A stretch of 64,000 nt of DNA from contig JAAYCD010000093.1 of the NCBI GenBank assembly GCA_012744375.1, positions 226 to 64,225 of the forward strand, read 5' to 3'. The notes beneath the pieces were generated by a model. It did not search any database, had not been told where the DNA came from, and saw only the letters and a list, made by a program, of their open reading frames with translations. This DNA comes from Erysipelotrichaceae bacterium (lineage in GTDB: Bacteria; Bacillota_I; Bacilli_A; RFN20; CAG-826). Below, one piece after another: positions 9,902 to 19,441 of this stretch (positions are counted from its first letter, which is position 1; each line of letters starts with the position of its first letter). The position numbers and the translations under genes were made by a program.

Positions 9902-12900
9902 ATGGATGTTTTATTATTTTTAGCCCGGCACCAAATTGACAACCTGACTCCCAAGGATATGGAGTTATTTACATATTTTGCGTATAAATACGGCATTGAA
10001 AACGATACAGAAAACCATCCGATCTTTTATATCCGTTTATTTACAAAAATAAATCGTTTACCAATAATTAATTTTAAGATTTCTCATAATGGTAGAATTG
10101 ATTATAACTGTGAAATTTGCCGCGAGAAAAAACCTTGCCGCCATTTCGATATCTTGGTCACAAAAATTTATCAAAATGAGTATGAACAAATCAAAATGCT
10201 TTCAGAAAAATTTTTATATGAAATTTCTGATATTGAAAGAAGGGAACAACAAAATAAATTTGATGCATCTTTAGACGGTGTTTTCAAAGAAATGTATAAA
10301 GAAGAAATAGCAAGCACAAGTAGCAAGGCAAGAATAAAAATTTATTTAGAGGATACTCGCTGGTCTTATGCAATTAATGCGACGGTCGGAAAAACCAAAG
10401 AATATAAAATCGCTTCAATCGACAGATTCCTCTATCGTTTTAATGAGGAGGAAGAGTTTAGATATGGCAAGGATTTAACCTTAATTCATAATTTGTCTTC
10501 CTTTGATGAAACGAGCCAAAAAATTATTAAAATCCTACAAAAATACAACCCAAACTTTTTCGTTGATCTGAGAAACGAAAGCTCTTTAACCCTACTTGAT
10601 GACTTACTCGATGTTTTACAAGATGATTATCTTTACATTAATGAAGAAACATATCATGTCGAAAAAGAAACGATGCCAGTGACAATTAATGTAAACGATA
10701 GCTACTCTTTGACCGTTGAAGGCATTATTACAGGTTATATTCCTTTGACAAAAAAATATTATATATGTAAATCCGCCAACAAAGTTAAGCCACTCACCAA
10801 CAACTCATATATCAATCGACTTATTGATAGTGTGAGAACATATCCACTTTCAACTGTCGAAAATAATTTTGACAATTTCAAATACTTATATTTTGAAAAA
10901 TATCAACAATACTTTAGATTTTCAGAAAACATTAGCAAAATTATGTTGGTTTCATCATTAAAAATCAAAGCCTATTTCGATTATGAAAAAGATAACATTC
11001 ATGTTACAACCAAATACTATAAAAATGATGTAGAAATTCCATATTCTAGCATTTCTAATTTCCATGAAATTTCACAAATAAAACACTATATTAATGTTTT
11101 GGAAAGTTATGGTTTTTTTGAAAATATTTTAACGGACGGCACAAAGGTTTGGGATTTCTTAAATACTTCATTAGACCCTTTGCGCAGTGTCGCCGAATTG
11201 TATTTTTCTAAAGATTTAGACACCCGTAAATTGTCTACTTTTTCTTCTCCAAAAATCACGATTAAAAAGGAAGGTTCAATGCTTGATGTTTTAGTCGATA
11301 AATCGATTTATAGTGATGAAGAATTAAGAGCGATCTTACTTGGAATAAAGCGCAAAAAGAAGTTTATCAAAATCGGTGATAGCTTCATTAATATCAGTTC
11401 AGAAAATACAAGAACTTTTTACGAACTAGCCAAAGATTTTGATTTAATTAGCAATGGCTCATTAAGTAATCGCACAACTTTACCACTATATTACGCTTTC
11501 AAAGTTTATGGGAAAAACGATGATTTAATATCAATGGATAGTTATTTAGACGAAGTGTTTAATGAACTTAAAAACTTTGCAAATTACGAGGTTCCATCGC
11601 CAACGATTGATGGTGAATTAAGAAATTATCAAATTGAAGGTGTAAAATGGCTATCTATTTTATATAAATATTCTTTAGGCGGAATACTTGCTGATGATAT
11701 GGGCTTGGGAAAAACAATTGAAACCATCGCCTTTATCGACCAAGTTAAAACTAACAAACCAATCCTCATAGTTTCACCAAAATCACTAGTTTTTAACTGG
11801 ATGAGTGAGTTCAATAAATTCGCTAAAAACATACCCGTGGCGGCTATTATGGGCACTATTGAGGAAAGAAAGAGAATTATTAAGAAAATTAGAAACGATA
11901 AGTTCGGAGTTTATTTTATTAGCTACGACTCGCTTCGAAATGAATATGAAAATCTTACTAGCATCACATTCGATATTTGTATTTTAGATGAAGCGCAATT
12001 TATCAAAAATATGCACGCTAAGAAAACCAATGCGGTCAAGCAAATCAATGCCTTGCACACAATTGCGTTGACGGGTACTCCTATTGAAAACAATATATAT
12101 GATTTGTGGAGTATTTTTGATTTCTTAATGCCTAATTATTTGCTTGATTACGATAGTTTCAAAGATGCGTTTGAACACAACGAAGATTATTATCAAGTGG
12201 TAAAAAGCAAAGTCGCACCTTTTATTTTAAGAAGAAAGAAAGAGGATGTCTTAAAAGACTTGCCAGCAAAGTACGAAGTCATCATCACCACCGAAATGAG
12301 TGTTGAACAACGCAAACTTTACGATGCTTTCCGTTTAAAAGCTAAAGAAGAATTCAAAAGTGCAGATGGCGGTTCAAAGATTATGGAAATCCTATCAATT
12401 ATTACTCGCCTGCGTCAGATTTGCGTTGATCCATCTACCTTCGTTGATAACTTCATCGGTGAATCCGGAAAGATTACCACTTTAAAAGAAATTATCAGAG
12501 AAAAAGAAAAAGAAAATCATCGTTTTTTAGTTTTCTCACAATTCGTTACGGCATTAAATATCGTTCGACAAGAGCTTGAAACTATGGGCATCAAATACTA
12601 TATGATTACCGGTGAAACCTCGGCTAAAGAGCGTCTTAAAATTTGCAACGAATTCAACCAAAACGAAGAATACAAAGTCGTACTCATTTCCTTAAAAGCC
12701 GGCGGCACTGGCTTAAACTTAGTGGGTGCTGACGTAGTGGTTCATCTTGATCCTTGGTGGAATTACTCCGCTGAAATGCAAGCGAGTGACCGTGCCCACC
12801 GTATTGGACAAACACGGACTGTTGAGGTCATTAAATTGATTGCAGAAAACAGTATAGAAGAGCGTGTTGTCAACCTACAAAACGAAAAGAAGGAATTGGT

Positions 12901-12979
12901 CGATAAAGTCATCAGTAATGACGATTCATCTATCAAATCTTTATCAATTAAAGACCTAAAATCCATTTTGAATATGTAA
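9902..12979 (+). CDS. SNF2/SWI2-family DNA-dependent ATPase/helicase (YwqA-like) with a long N-terminal region carrying a second SWIM-like Cys/His motif
   Basis: 1025 aa. Helicase motifs DDMGLGKT (I), ILDEAQFIKN (II), LTGTPIENN (III), LISLKAGGTGLNL (V) and QASDRAHRIGQTR (VI). N-terminal CEICREKKPCRH. Confidence 0.8.
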   Translation: MDVLLFLARHQIDNLTPKDMELFTYFAYKYGIENDTENHPIFYIRLFTKINRLPIINFKISHNGRIDYNCEICREKKPCRHFDILVTKIYQNEYEQIKMLSEKFLYEISDIERREQQNKFDASLDGVFKEMYKEEIASTSSKARIKIYLEDTRWSYAINATVGKTKEYKIASIDRFLYRFNEEEEFRYGKDLTLIHNLSSFDETSQKIIKILQKYNPNFFVDLRNESSLTLLDDLLDVLQDDYLYINEETYHVEKETMPVTINVNDSYSLTVEGIITGYIPLTKKYYICKSANKVKPLTNNSYINRLIDSVRTYPLSTVENNFDNFKYLYFEKYQQYFRFSENISKIMLVSSLKIKAYFDYEKDNIHVTTKYYKNDVEIPYSSISNFHEISQIKHYINVLESYGFFENILTDGTKVWDFLNTSLDPLRSVAELYFSKDLDTRKLSTFSSPKITIKKEGSMLDVLVDKSIYSDEELRAILLGIKRKKKFIKIGDSFINISSENTRTFYELAKDFDLISNGSLSNRTTLPLYYAFKVYGKNDDLISMDSYLDEVFNELKNFANYEVPSPTIDGELRNYQIEGVKWLSILYKYSLGGILADDMGLGKTIETIAFIDQVKTNKPILIVSPKSLVFNWMSEFNKFAKNIPVAAIMGTIEERKRIIKKIRNDKFGVYFISYDSLRNEYENLTSITFDICILDEAQFIKNMHAKKTNAVKQINALHTIALTGTPIENNIYDLWSIFDFLMPNYLLDYDSFKDAFEHNEDYYQVVKSKVAPFILRRKKEDVLKDLPAKYEVIITTEMSVEQRKLYDAFRLKAKEEFKSADGGSKIMEILSIITRLRQICVDPSTFVDNFIGESGKITTLKEIIREKEKENHRFLVFSQFVTALNIVRQELETMGIKYYMITGETSAKERLKICNEFNQNEEYKVVLISLKAGGTGLNLVGADVVVHLDPWWNYSAEMQASDRAHRIGQTRTVEVIKLIAENSIEERVVNLQNEKKELVDKVISNDDSSIKSLSIKDLKSILNM

Positions 12980-13164
12980 ATTATTAGTGCTGAACACAAC
13001 TAAAAGTTATGTTCACTTTAAAAAAACAGCAACAACAGCCACCTTATTTTTCGCTATTGTCATGTTATCAACATGAAATTTGCGATATAAATCTTCTATA
13101 CATGGTCAATTATATTGATAGTATGAGATTATTTTAATTTGGCTTGACCAAACGGAGGACAAAT

Positions 13165-14745
13165 ATGATTTTAGAAAAATGTGTCATTGGTATCGAATTC
13201 GGCTCGACTAGAATCAAAGCTGTTATGCTTGATGAAAACCACGAAATTATTGCCTCAAATGAGTATGCTTGGGAATCCACCCTTAAAAATGGTGTTTGGA
13301 TTTATACACTTGAACAAGCAAAATTAGGTTTGATTGATTGTTATGCAGGACTCAAGAGCAAATTTGAAACGAAATATCGTCGTCCACTTTCCAAAGTTGG
13401 CGCAATTGGCATCTCCGGTATGATGCATGGTTACCTTGTCTTTGATAAAAAAGGCAACCAACTTGCTGAATTTCGTACTTGGAAAAATACTATTTGTCCA
13501 GACGCACAAGAAATCCTTTCCGCTTTGTTTGAGTTTAATATTCCACAACGTTGGACAATCGCCCATATTTATCAAGCCATTTTAAACGGAGAAAAAGAGG
13601 TGAAGGACATAGCGTTTGCCACAACTTTAGCTGGTTACTTCCATTATTTGTTAACAGGGCAAAAGTATATCGGTGCTAATGATGGTAGTGGTATGTTCCC
13701 ACTTGATAAAAATACTAAGGATTACGATCGCAACATGGTCGCAAAATTTGATGATCTCGTGAAAGATAAAGTATCATGGAAAATATTAGATATTTTACCA
13801 AAAGTCATGGTCGCTGGCGATAATGCTGGTTACTTAACTCAAGAAGGCGCTTTAATTATCGATCCATCTGGCGTTTTACAAGCCGGCATTCCTTTCTGCG
13901 CTCCAGAAGGCGATATGGGCACAGGCATGATAGCGACTAACTCCGTAAGAGTAGGTTATGGAAATTCGTCACTAGGTACCAGTAGCAATATCACACTTGT
14001 CACCGATAAAAATATTAAAGTAAATAAGGAAATCGACGTCATTGCTTCTCCAAGTGGCGTTCCAGCAGTCTTAGTTCACGCCAATAACTGCACCACAGAT
14101 ATTAATGCTTGGGTTGAGCTGTTGCACCAAGCGATTGTTCTTGCCGGTGGTTCAATTCAAAGAAACGAACTATTTGTCCGTTTGTTCAATAAATCACTTG
14201 AAGGCGAACCGGATGCTGGTGGTTTGATCTCATTTAATTACTTCTCCGGCGAAGCGGCAGTTGGTGTGCAAGAAGGTAGACCGTTATTTGTTCGTGAACC
14301 AGATGCCAAATTGTCACTAGCCAATTTCATGAAGGCACACATCCTTGGTATCTTGGCCACTTTGCGAATCGGTTTAGATATTTTAATCAAGCAAGGTGTT
14401 GAAATTAATAAAATATATGGTCATGGTGGTTTCTTCAAAACTCCTGTCGTTGGTGCAAAAGCTCTAAGTGCTGCAATTAACGCTCCAGTTGCAACTTTAG
14501 CAAGCGCTGGTGAAGGTGGTCCTTATGGCCAAGCTTTGCTCGCGGCATACATGTTGGTTAAAGAAAAAGGCGAGACGTTAGAAGATTTCCTAGAAAATAA
14601 AGTGTTTACAAACGCAAAAGAAGATATTGCTCAAGCCACCAAAGAAGAAGTTGATGGTTTCAATCGCTTCTTGGCACGTTATATTGCTGCAGTTCCGGTT
14701 GAAGAAGCAGCGATTAAATTTGTTAAAGGGCAACACACAAAATAA
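13165..14745 (+). CDS. FGGY-family carbohydrate kinase (xylulokinase-like)
   Basis: GIEFGSTRIKAV phosphate-1 motif and a C-terminal GGFFKTPVVG...EGGPYGQALLAAY FGGY signature. The start is taken at the ATG at 13165 with GGAGG 6 nt upstream; the ORF-track start at 13144 is a TTG. Confidence 0.6.
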   Translation: MILEKCVIGIEFGSTRIKAVMLDENHEIIASNEYAWESTLKNGVWIYTLEQAKLGLIDCYAGLKSKFETKYRRPLSKVGAIGISGMMHGYLVFDKKGNQLAEFRTWKNTICPDAQEILSALFEFNIPQRWTIAHIYQAILNGEKEVKDIAFATTLAGYFHYLLTGQKYIGANDGSGMFPLDKNTKDYDRNMVAKFDDLVKDKVSWKILDILPKVMVAGDNAGYLTQEGALIIDPSGVLQAGIPFCAPEGDMGTGMIATNSVRVGYGNSSLGTSSNITLVTDKNIKVNKEIDVIASPSGVPAVLVHANNCTTDINAWVELLHQAIVLAGGSIQRNELFVRLFNKSLEGEPDAGGLISFNYFSGEAAVGVQEGRPLFVREPDAKLSLANFMKAHILGILATLRIGLDILIKQGVEINKIYGHGGFFKTPVVGAKALSAAINAPVATLASAGEGGPYGQALLAAYMLVKEKGETLEDFLENKVFTNAKEDIAQATKEEVDGFNRFLARYIAAVPVEEAAIKFVKGQHTK

Positions 14746-14750
14746 ACATA

Positions 14751-15706
14751 TGTCATTTAATTGGTGCTTTATTGGAACAGGAAAGATTGCACATCGTGTG
14801 GCTAAGCAAGTCGTCGCAATCGATGGTCACAGGATTGTTTCAGTATATAATCGCACTAAAGAAAAAGCGTACACATTCGCTAATATTTATCAAAGCCGTG
14901 TTTATGATACTGCTTTGGAAGCGATAAAAGATCCTGAAGTTAATGGGGTATATATCGCAACAACGAACGAGACACATTTTTCTTTTATTCAACTGTGTTT
15001 AGAACACCATAAACCAGTATTGTGTGAAAAACCAATTACTGGGAACGCAAAAGAATTTAAAAAAATATTAGATTTAAATGAAGATTCTAATACATTTCTT
15101 TGTGAAGCGATGTGGACATGGTTCAATCCAGTGTCTTATCAAGTCAAAAAATGGGTTGAAGAAAAGCAGATTGGAAAGATTCGGCATGTCGAATGCCGTT
15201 TTTGTGTACCGCTAATAGGACGAAAGAAGATAGAGCGTCATGTCAAAATAAATAAATACGGAGGGGCTTTATTGGATCTCGGTGTTTATTGTGTACGATA
15301 TATGTATGAACTATTTGGTAAACCGAATAAAATTACTAGTAAGGGCAAACTATTTCAAGGTGTAGATATTAGGAATAAATCAATTTTCTCTTACGAAAAT
15401 TTTGATGCCGTGGTCGTCAGCGGTTTTAATTCAATCCCTGTTGATTATTGTATAATTAAAGGCGACTTAGGAACCATCAAAGTACCGCTGTTTCACACGG
15501 CAAATAAGGCAATTTTAAGAAATAAAAATGGGCGGGTCGTGTATAAGAATTTAGAACCCAAATTTTCGTATCAATTTTTACAAGTTTCTGAAGATATTAT
15601 AAATGGCAATAAAGAGAGCCTAATTTCTTGGAATTCCTCCCTTGAAGTGTTGAAAATTATGGATGCAATTAGACAACAAATTAATGTTATTTATCCTTGT
15701 GATTAA
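14751..15706 (+). CDS. Gfo/Idh/MocA-family NAD(P)-dependent oxidoreductase
   Basis: The N-terminal Rossmann segment FIGTGKIAHRVAK...EKPITGN is typical of the family. The ORF-track start at 14627 overlaps the kinase and is rejected; the ATG at 14751 follows the kinase stop. Confidence 0.65.
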
Positions 15707-15776
15707 TTAATAATAATAATTAGTTAATTTTTGCAAAAGCTAAAAATAATGTAAATAGACTGGAGAAGTAGATAAT

Positions 15777-16592
15777 ATGGTAAAAAATGCAATTAGAGCC
15801 AACGTTAAGCATAAAAAGAGGCTTATTTGCCTAGATATGGATGGAACTATATACCTTGGAAATCAATTGTTTGATGGTGTAAAAGATATTTTTAAATATT
15901 TTGAATTAAATAAAATTAATTATGTGTTTTTAACAAATAACTCATCGCATTCGCTGCCTTTCTACGTCGATAAAATTAGACGGATGGGAATCACCTGTTC
16001 TGAGGACAATTTTTACTCGTCAATCGATACAACTATTAAGTTTTTGCAAAAAGAAAATATTAGGACCGTGTACGTATTAGGAGTAACGAGCTTTAAAGAG
16101 GAGTTGAAGAAGCATTTTACATTAGTTGATGAGGCTAGTGATATTGTTCCAGAAGTAACTCTTGTTTCTTTTGATACACAATTAAAATATGATGAGCTTA
16201 AAGCAGCTTGTTTATATATCCAAAAGGGTTCACGCTTCATTGCTACAAACATGGATTATCGCTGCCCAATCGAAAATGGATTATATATCCCTGATTGTGG
16301 TGGCATTTGTTTGACTATTGAGGCCTGCACCAATAAGAAACCACAATTTTTAGGTAAACCAGCACCTGAAATGTTATATCAAGTCATGGAAAAGTTTGGT
16401 GTAAGCAGGGAAGAAACGCTAATGATTGGTGATCGCCACTATACTGACATCATGGCGGGCATTAATTCTGGGGTGGAAACAGTTGGAGTACTTACTGGAG
16501 AAACCACCAAAGAAGAGTTTCTTTCCGCAGAACATCAACCAACATATATACTTGATTCAATAGCAGATTTAATCGAAATCTTAGAAAAATAA
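15777..16592 (+). CDS. HAD-superfamily hydrolase, subfamily IIA (NagD/YutF-like sugar phosphatase)
   Basis: LDMDGTIY motif I, GKPAP...IGDRHYTDIMAG motifs III/IV. GGAG RBS upstream. Confidence 0.7.
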   Translation: MVKNAIRANVKHKKRLICLDMDGTIYLGNQLFDGVKDIFKYFELNKINYVFLTNNSSHSLPFYVDKIRRMGITCSEDNFYSSIDTTIKFLQKENIRTVYVLGVTSFKEELKKHFTLVDEASDIVPEVTLVSFDTQLKYDELKAACLYIQKGSRFIATNMDYRCPIENGLYIPDCGGICLTIEACTNKKPQFLGKPAPEMLYQVMEKFGVSREETLMIGDRHYTDIMAGINSGVETVGVLTGETTKEEFLSAEHQPTYILDSIADLIEILEK

Positions 16593-16593
16593 A

Positions 16594-16620
16594 AAGGGCC
16601 ACACGTGCCCTTTGTTTTTG
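16594..16620. terminator. Bidirectional rho-independent terminator between the convergent HAD and GDPD genes
   Basis: aaaaaGGGCcacacgtGCCCtttgttttt: a GC hairpin flanked by an A-run and a T-run. Confidence 0.5.
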
Positions 16621-16631
16621 TTATTGACTTT

Positions 16632-17327
16632 TTATGACTTTTGGTCAAAAACGTTAGTGGTTATATAATCGACACCCATCTCCTCAAATTTCCTTAGTGA
16701 GGCCTCCTCGTCGATAGTCCAAACATTAACTCGCAATTTTTTCTTATGCATTTTTTCGACAATTTCTTTAGTTAATAATTTTTCAGAAATATCAATATCC
16801 ATGCGAAATAATTTTGCCCATTTAATTAAGAAAAAATAGGGTTCTATGAGCATTTGCAGGTGGATACGTCTACCATATTTTAGGCGTAATTTAATTAAAG
16901 GCCAAGGATAGAATGCAATAAATGTAACCTTATCAAGTCCAAGTACTTTGTCGATATATTTACATAATTTTTTTAAATATTTTCTTTTTGGATTTTTTGG
17001 TTTAATTTCAATAATTGGCCGCTTTTCACTTTCAATGCAAATGATTAAGAAATCCTCAAATAGTGGAATAAAAGCAGCGTTATCGCCTTGTTCGTTGTCT
17101 AAAGGTAACTTGATAAGCTCGTCTTTGGTCAACTCCGCGATGACATATTTCTGCCCGCCACTCTTGAAATCTGGATCGTGATGGACAACCCAATAATTAT
17201 CTTTGGTTAAATGAATATCAGTCTCAATTCCGTAGTAATCTCTTTTCGCTGCTTCCTTGAAAGCATTGATTGTATTCTCATAATATTTTTGGTGATACCC
17301 ACGATGGGCAATGGCTAATGGTCTCAT
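16632..17327 (-). CDS. Glycerophosphodiester phosphodiesterase (GDPD family)
   Basis: IAHRGYH...ENTINAFKEA...GIETDIHLTKD...VVHHD catalytic motifs. Confidence 0.75.
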   Translation of the reverse strand: MRPLAIAHRGYHQKYYENTINAFKEAAKRDYYGIETDIHLTKDNYWVVHHDPDFKSGGQKYVIAELTKDELIKLPLDNEQGDNAAFIPLFEDFLIICIESEKRPIIEIKPKNPKRKYLKKLCKYIDKVLGLDKVTFIAFYPWPLIKLRLKYGRRIHLQMLIEPYFFLIKWAKLFRMDIDISEKLLTKEIVEKMHKKKLRVNVWTIDEEASLRKFEEMGVDYITTNVFDQKS

Positions 17328-18754
17328 AGTTCAACTTCTTCTCCAAATGCTTCTAAACCTTTAACAATGTTTTGTTTATTTACTTTAACATTTTTCACAA
17401 ACATGAAAATAGCGAAAGCAATAGCAACGCAGACCGCAGCATAAACTGGCAAGAAACCCCAGTCGATTCTGTCGGAGTTCAAGAAAGCACCGAGAGCGAT
17501 TGGTGTAATAGTTTGAGCGGCCATAGAAGAAGCATAATAGTAGCCAGTAAAGGAACCAATTTTCTTAGCATTGCAAAGCTCAACAACCATTGGAAAGGAA
17601 TTGAGATGTACTAATGACATACCAAAACCTTTAAATAACCAAATAACATAAATAATGATAGGAAAACTACCTGAAGCAGCAGCTCCTTTTAAGAATGTGA
17701 ATGTACCAATAATCCACACAAAGTAGGATAACAGGGTTAGTCCTAAACCACCGATTACAGTCCATTTACGGCCAATCTTTCCTGCAATCATTCCCCCTAA
17801 TCCAAAACCTAAAACAGAACCAACGCCACCAACGATAATGTTGATCATATTGGAACTACTTGCTGCTTGGAGATAATATTGAGTAAAGTTGCCCATAAAG
17901 GTGCCGATGCCGTTATCCGCCATAAACCAGAAAAATTCAGCGATTAAAATGAAAATGAGCATCATTTTGTTAGCTTTAGTCATTGGTTTATCGTCATCGA
18001 TTTTATCTGCTGTCTCAGAAAGAGCTTCGCCTAATTTTATATCATCAGCGATTTCTTCTTTAACTTTGTTTTCATTGATGCAGATGAATAAGACGACCGC
18101 AGAAAAAACCATTAAAACAGAAGCAAGCAAAAATGGCGTTTCTAAAATCCAAATATTGCTAGTGGACCATGGTGGAATAGCATTTGAACCATCGCCTTTT
18201 AAGTATGTACTTAATACGAAAATAATGCCTACTACGGTTGCAAAAGCACCACCGATATAACCCATAATGTTAATAATACCATTAGCTTTTGAACGAAGTG
18301 GCTTTGGTGTTAAGTCAGGCATTAAAGCAACGGCAGGGTTGCGATACATCATCATGAACAAAACAACAATGGCCATCATAATGATGACACCAGCAAGGTT
18401 GTTTAAGTGGAAAAATACAGGGATAAATGGGAACGCGATCGCACAAACAAATGTTCCAACAAGGATATAAGGCATCCGTTTGCCAATTTTAGTGTTTGTT
18501 TTATCAGACAACGCACCAAATATTGGCAATAAAATTAAGGCTATAAGATTATCCATAGCCATAACAACCCCAACCAAATATTGGACTTCTTCCTCTTTTG
18601 TGGTGTTAAAAGCTTCTTTAAATAATTCCGTCAAAAGGGTTGGACACCATGAATCATAAACTTGCCAGAGTAATAAAATGCCGAAAAATGCAAAACCAAT
18701 AAGAAAGGTACGTTTATAGTTCAACTTTAAGGTTGATTTAACTGTTTGTTCCAT
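17324..18754 (-). CDS. MFS-type transporter (12+ TM), probably co-transcribed with the GDPD gene
   Basis: 476 aa, highly hydrophobic with a charged central loop. Its stop overlaps the GDPD start by 4 nt. Confidence 0.6.
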   Translation of the reverse strand: MEQTVKSTLKLNYKRTFLIGFAFFGILLLWQVYDSWCPTLLTELFKEAFNTTKEEEVQYLVGVVMAMDNLIALILLPIFGALSDKTNTKIGKRMPYILVGTFVCAIAFPFIPVFFHLNNLAGVIIMMAIVVLFMMMYRNPAVALMPDLTPKPLRSKANGIINIMGYIGGAFATVVGIIFVLSTYLKGDGSNAIPPWSTSNIWILETPFLLASVLMVFSAVVLFICINENKVKEEIADDIKLGEALSETADKIDDDKPMTKANKMMLIFILIAEFFWFMADNGIGTFMGNFTQYYLQAASSSNMINIIVGGVGSVLGFGLGGMIAGKIGRKWTVIGGLGLTLLSYFVWIIGTFTFLKGAAASGSFPIIIYVIWLFKGFGMSLVHLNSFPMVVELCNAKKIGSFTGYYYASSMAAQTITPIALGAFLNSDRIDWGFLPVYAAVCVAIAFAIFMFVKNVKVNKQNIVKGLEAFGEEVEL

Positions 18755-18773
18755 AATATTTCCTATCTTTCTT

Positions 18774-18790
18774 TGTGGTAATTGACCACA
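18774..18790. promoter_or_regulatory. Perfect 6-bp-arm palindrome TGTGGTaattgACCACA in the 5' region of the MFS-GDPD operon (candidate operator)
   Basis: Located 20-36 nt upstream of the MFS start codon on the minus strand. Resembles GntR-type t.GT-N-AC.a operators. Confidence 0.3.
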
Positions 18791-18892
18791 GTCACAAATG
18801 CAAGTTAAATCTTATCAAACAATTTGTCAACCTTTTAATTATTTCCTACTTTAGAGATGTAAAACAGGGACTAATATATTTTTGAAAACGTA

Positions 18893-19426
18893 TTATTGAT
18901 AGCGGTGAATCAAAAATTCGACCAATAAAACAAACGCTTCTGCTAATAAAGCATATCCTAAATATAGCAAAGTTGACTCGAGGAAACTTTCTCGAGCCAC
19001 GATTAAAATAATCATGTAAACAATTAATATAATCGCAAGCACAACCTTTACACTGCAAAATAACGGTTGATATTGAAAATTTATAACATAAATCACAATT
19101 TTAGCTACATATATTGAAATAAACGAAATGGCCCAAACCAAGGACAAAATTTTAAGATCAACATTAAGAGCAAATAAAACAATGCCTAGTATAATAATTA
19201 CTAAGTTGGTAACGACATTTGGAATGTTTCTAATTTTTGTGGAATCTTTTAAACCCAAAAAATTGACAATTTCATTTACCCCAACAAAAAATACAACAAA
19301 CGAAATTAACGTCTTGCTAATTACTTCGTCTTGATAAATAAAGGTCAAAACCGCCACACCAGTAGCAACTGTAGTCACGACAGAAAGTAATTCGAAAAAT
19401 ATATTAGCAAAATGGATTCTTTTCAT
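18893..19426 (-). CDS. Small integral membrane protein of unknown function
   Basis: 177 aa, 5-6 hydrophobic helices, no recognisable motif. Confidence 0.4.
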   Translation of the reverse strand: MKRIHFANIFFELLSVVTTVATGVAVLTFIYQDEVISKTLISFVVFFVGVNEIVNFLGLKDSTKIRNIPNVVTNLVIIILGIVLFALNVDLKILSLVWAISFISIYVAKIVIYVINFQYQPLFCSVKVVLAIILIVYMIILIVARESFLESTLLYLGYALLAEAFVLLVEFLIHRYQ

Positions 19427-19441
19427 ATAACCAATAATAGC

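Noticed and set aside
9902-12979. Hypothesis that the SNF2 helicase marks a DISARM/BREX-like phage-defence island
   Set aside because: No adjacent methyltransferase, PLD nuclease, DUF1998 or other defence partner. The neighbours are housekeeping or carbohydrate genes, and the architecture matches the widespread YwqB/YwqA pair instead.
14627-14750. ORF-track start at 14627 for the Gfo/Idh/MocA gene, overlapping the FGGY kinase by about 120 nt
   Set aside because: The conserved Rossmann N-terminus begins at MSFNWCFIGTGK (ATG at 14751), right after the kinase stop. The upstream extension is an artefact of alternative-start ORF calling.
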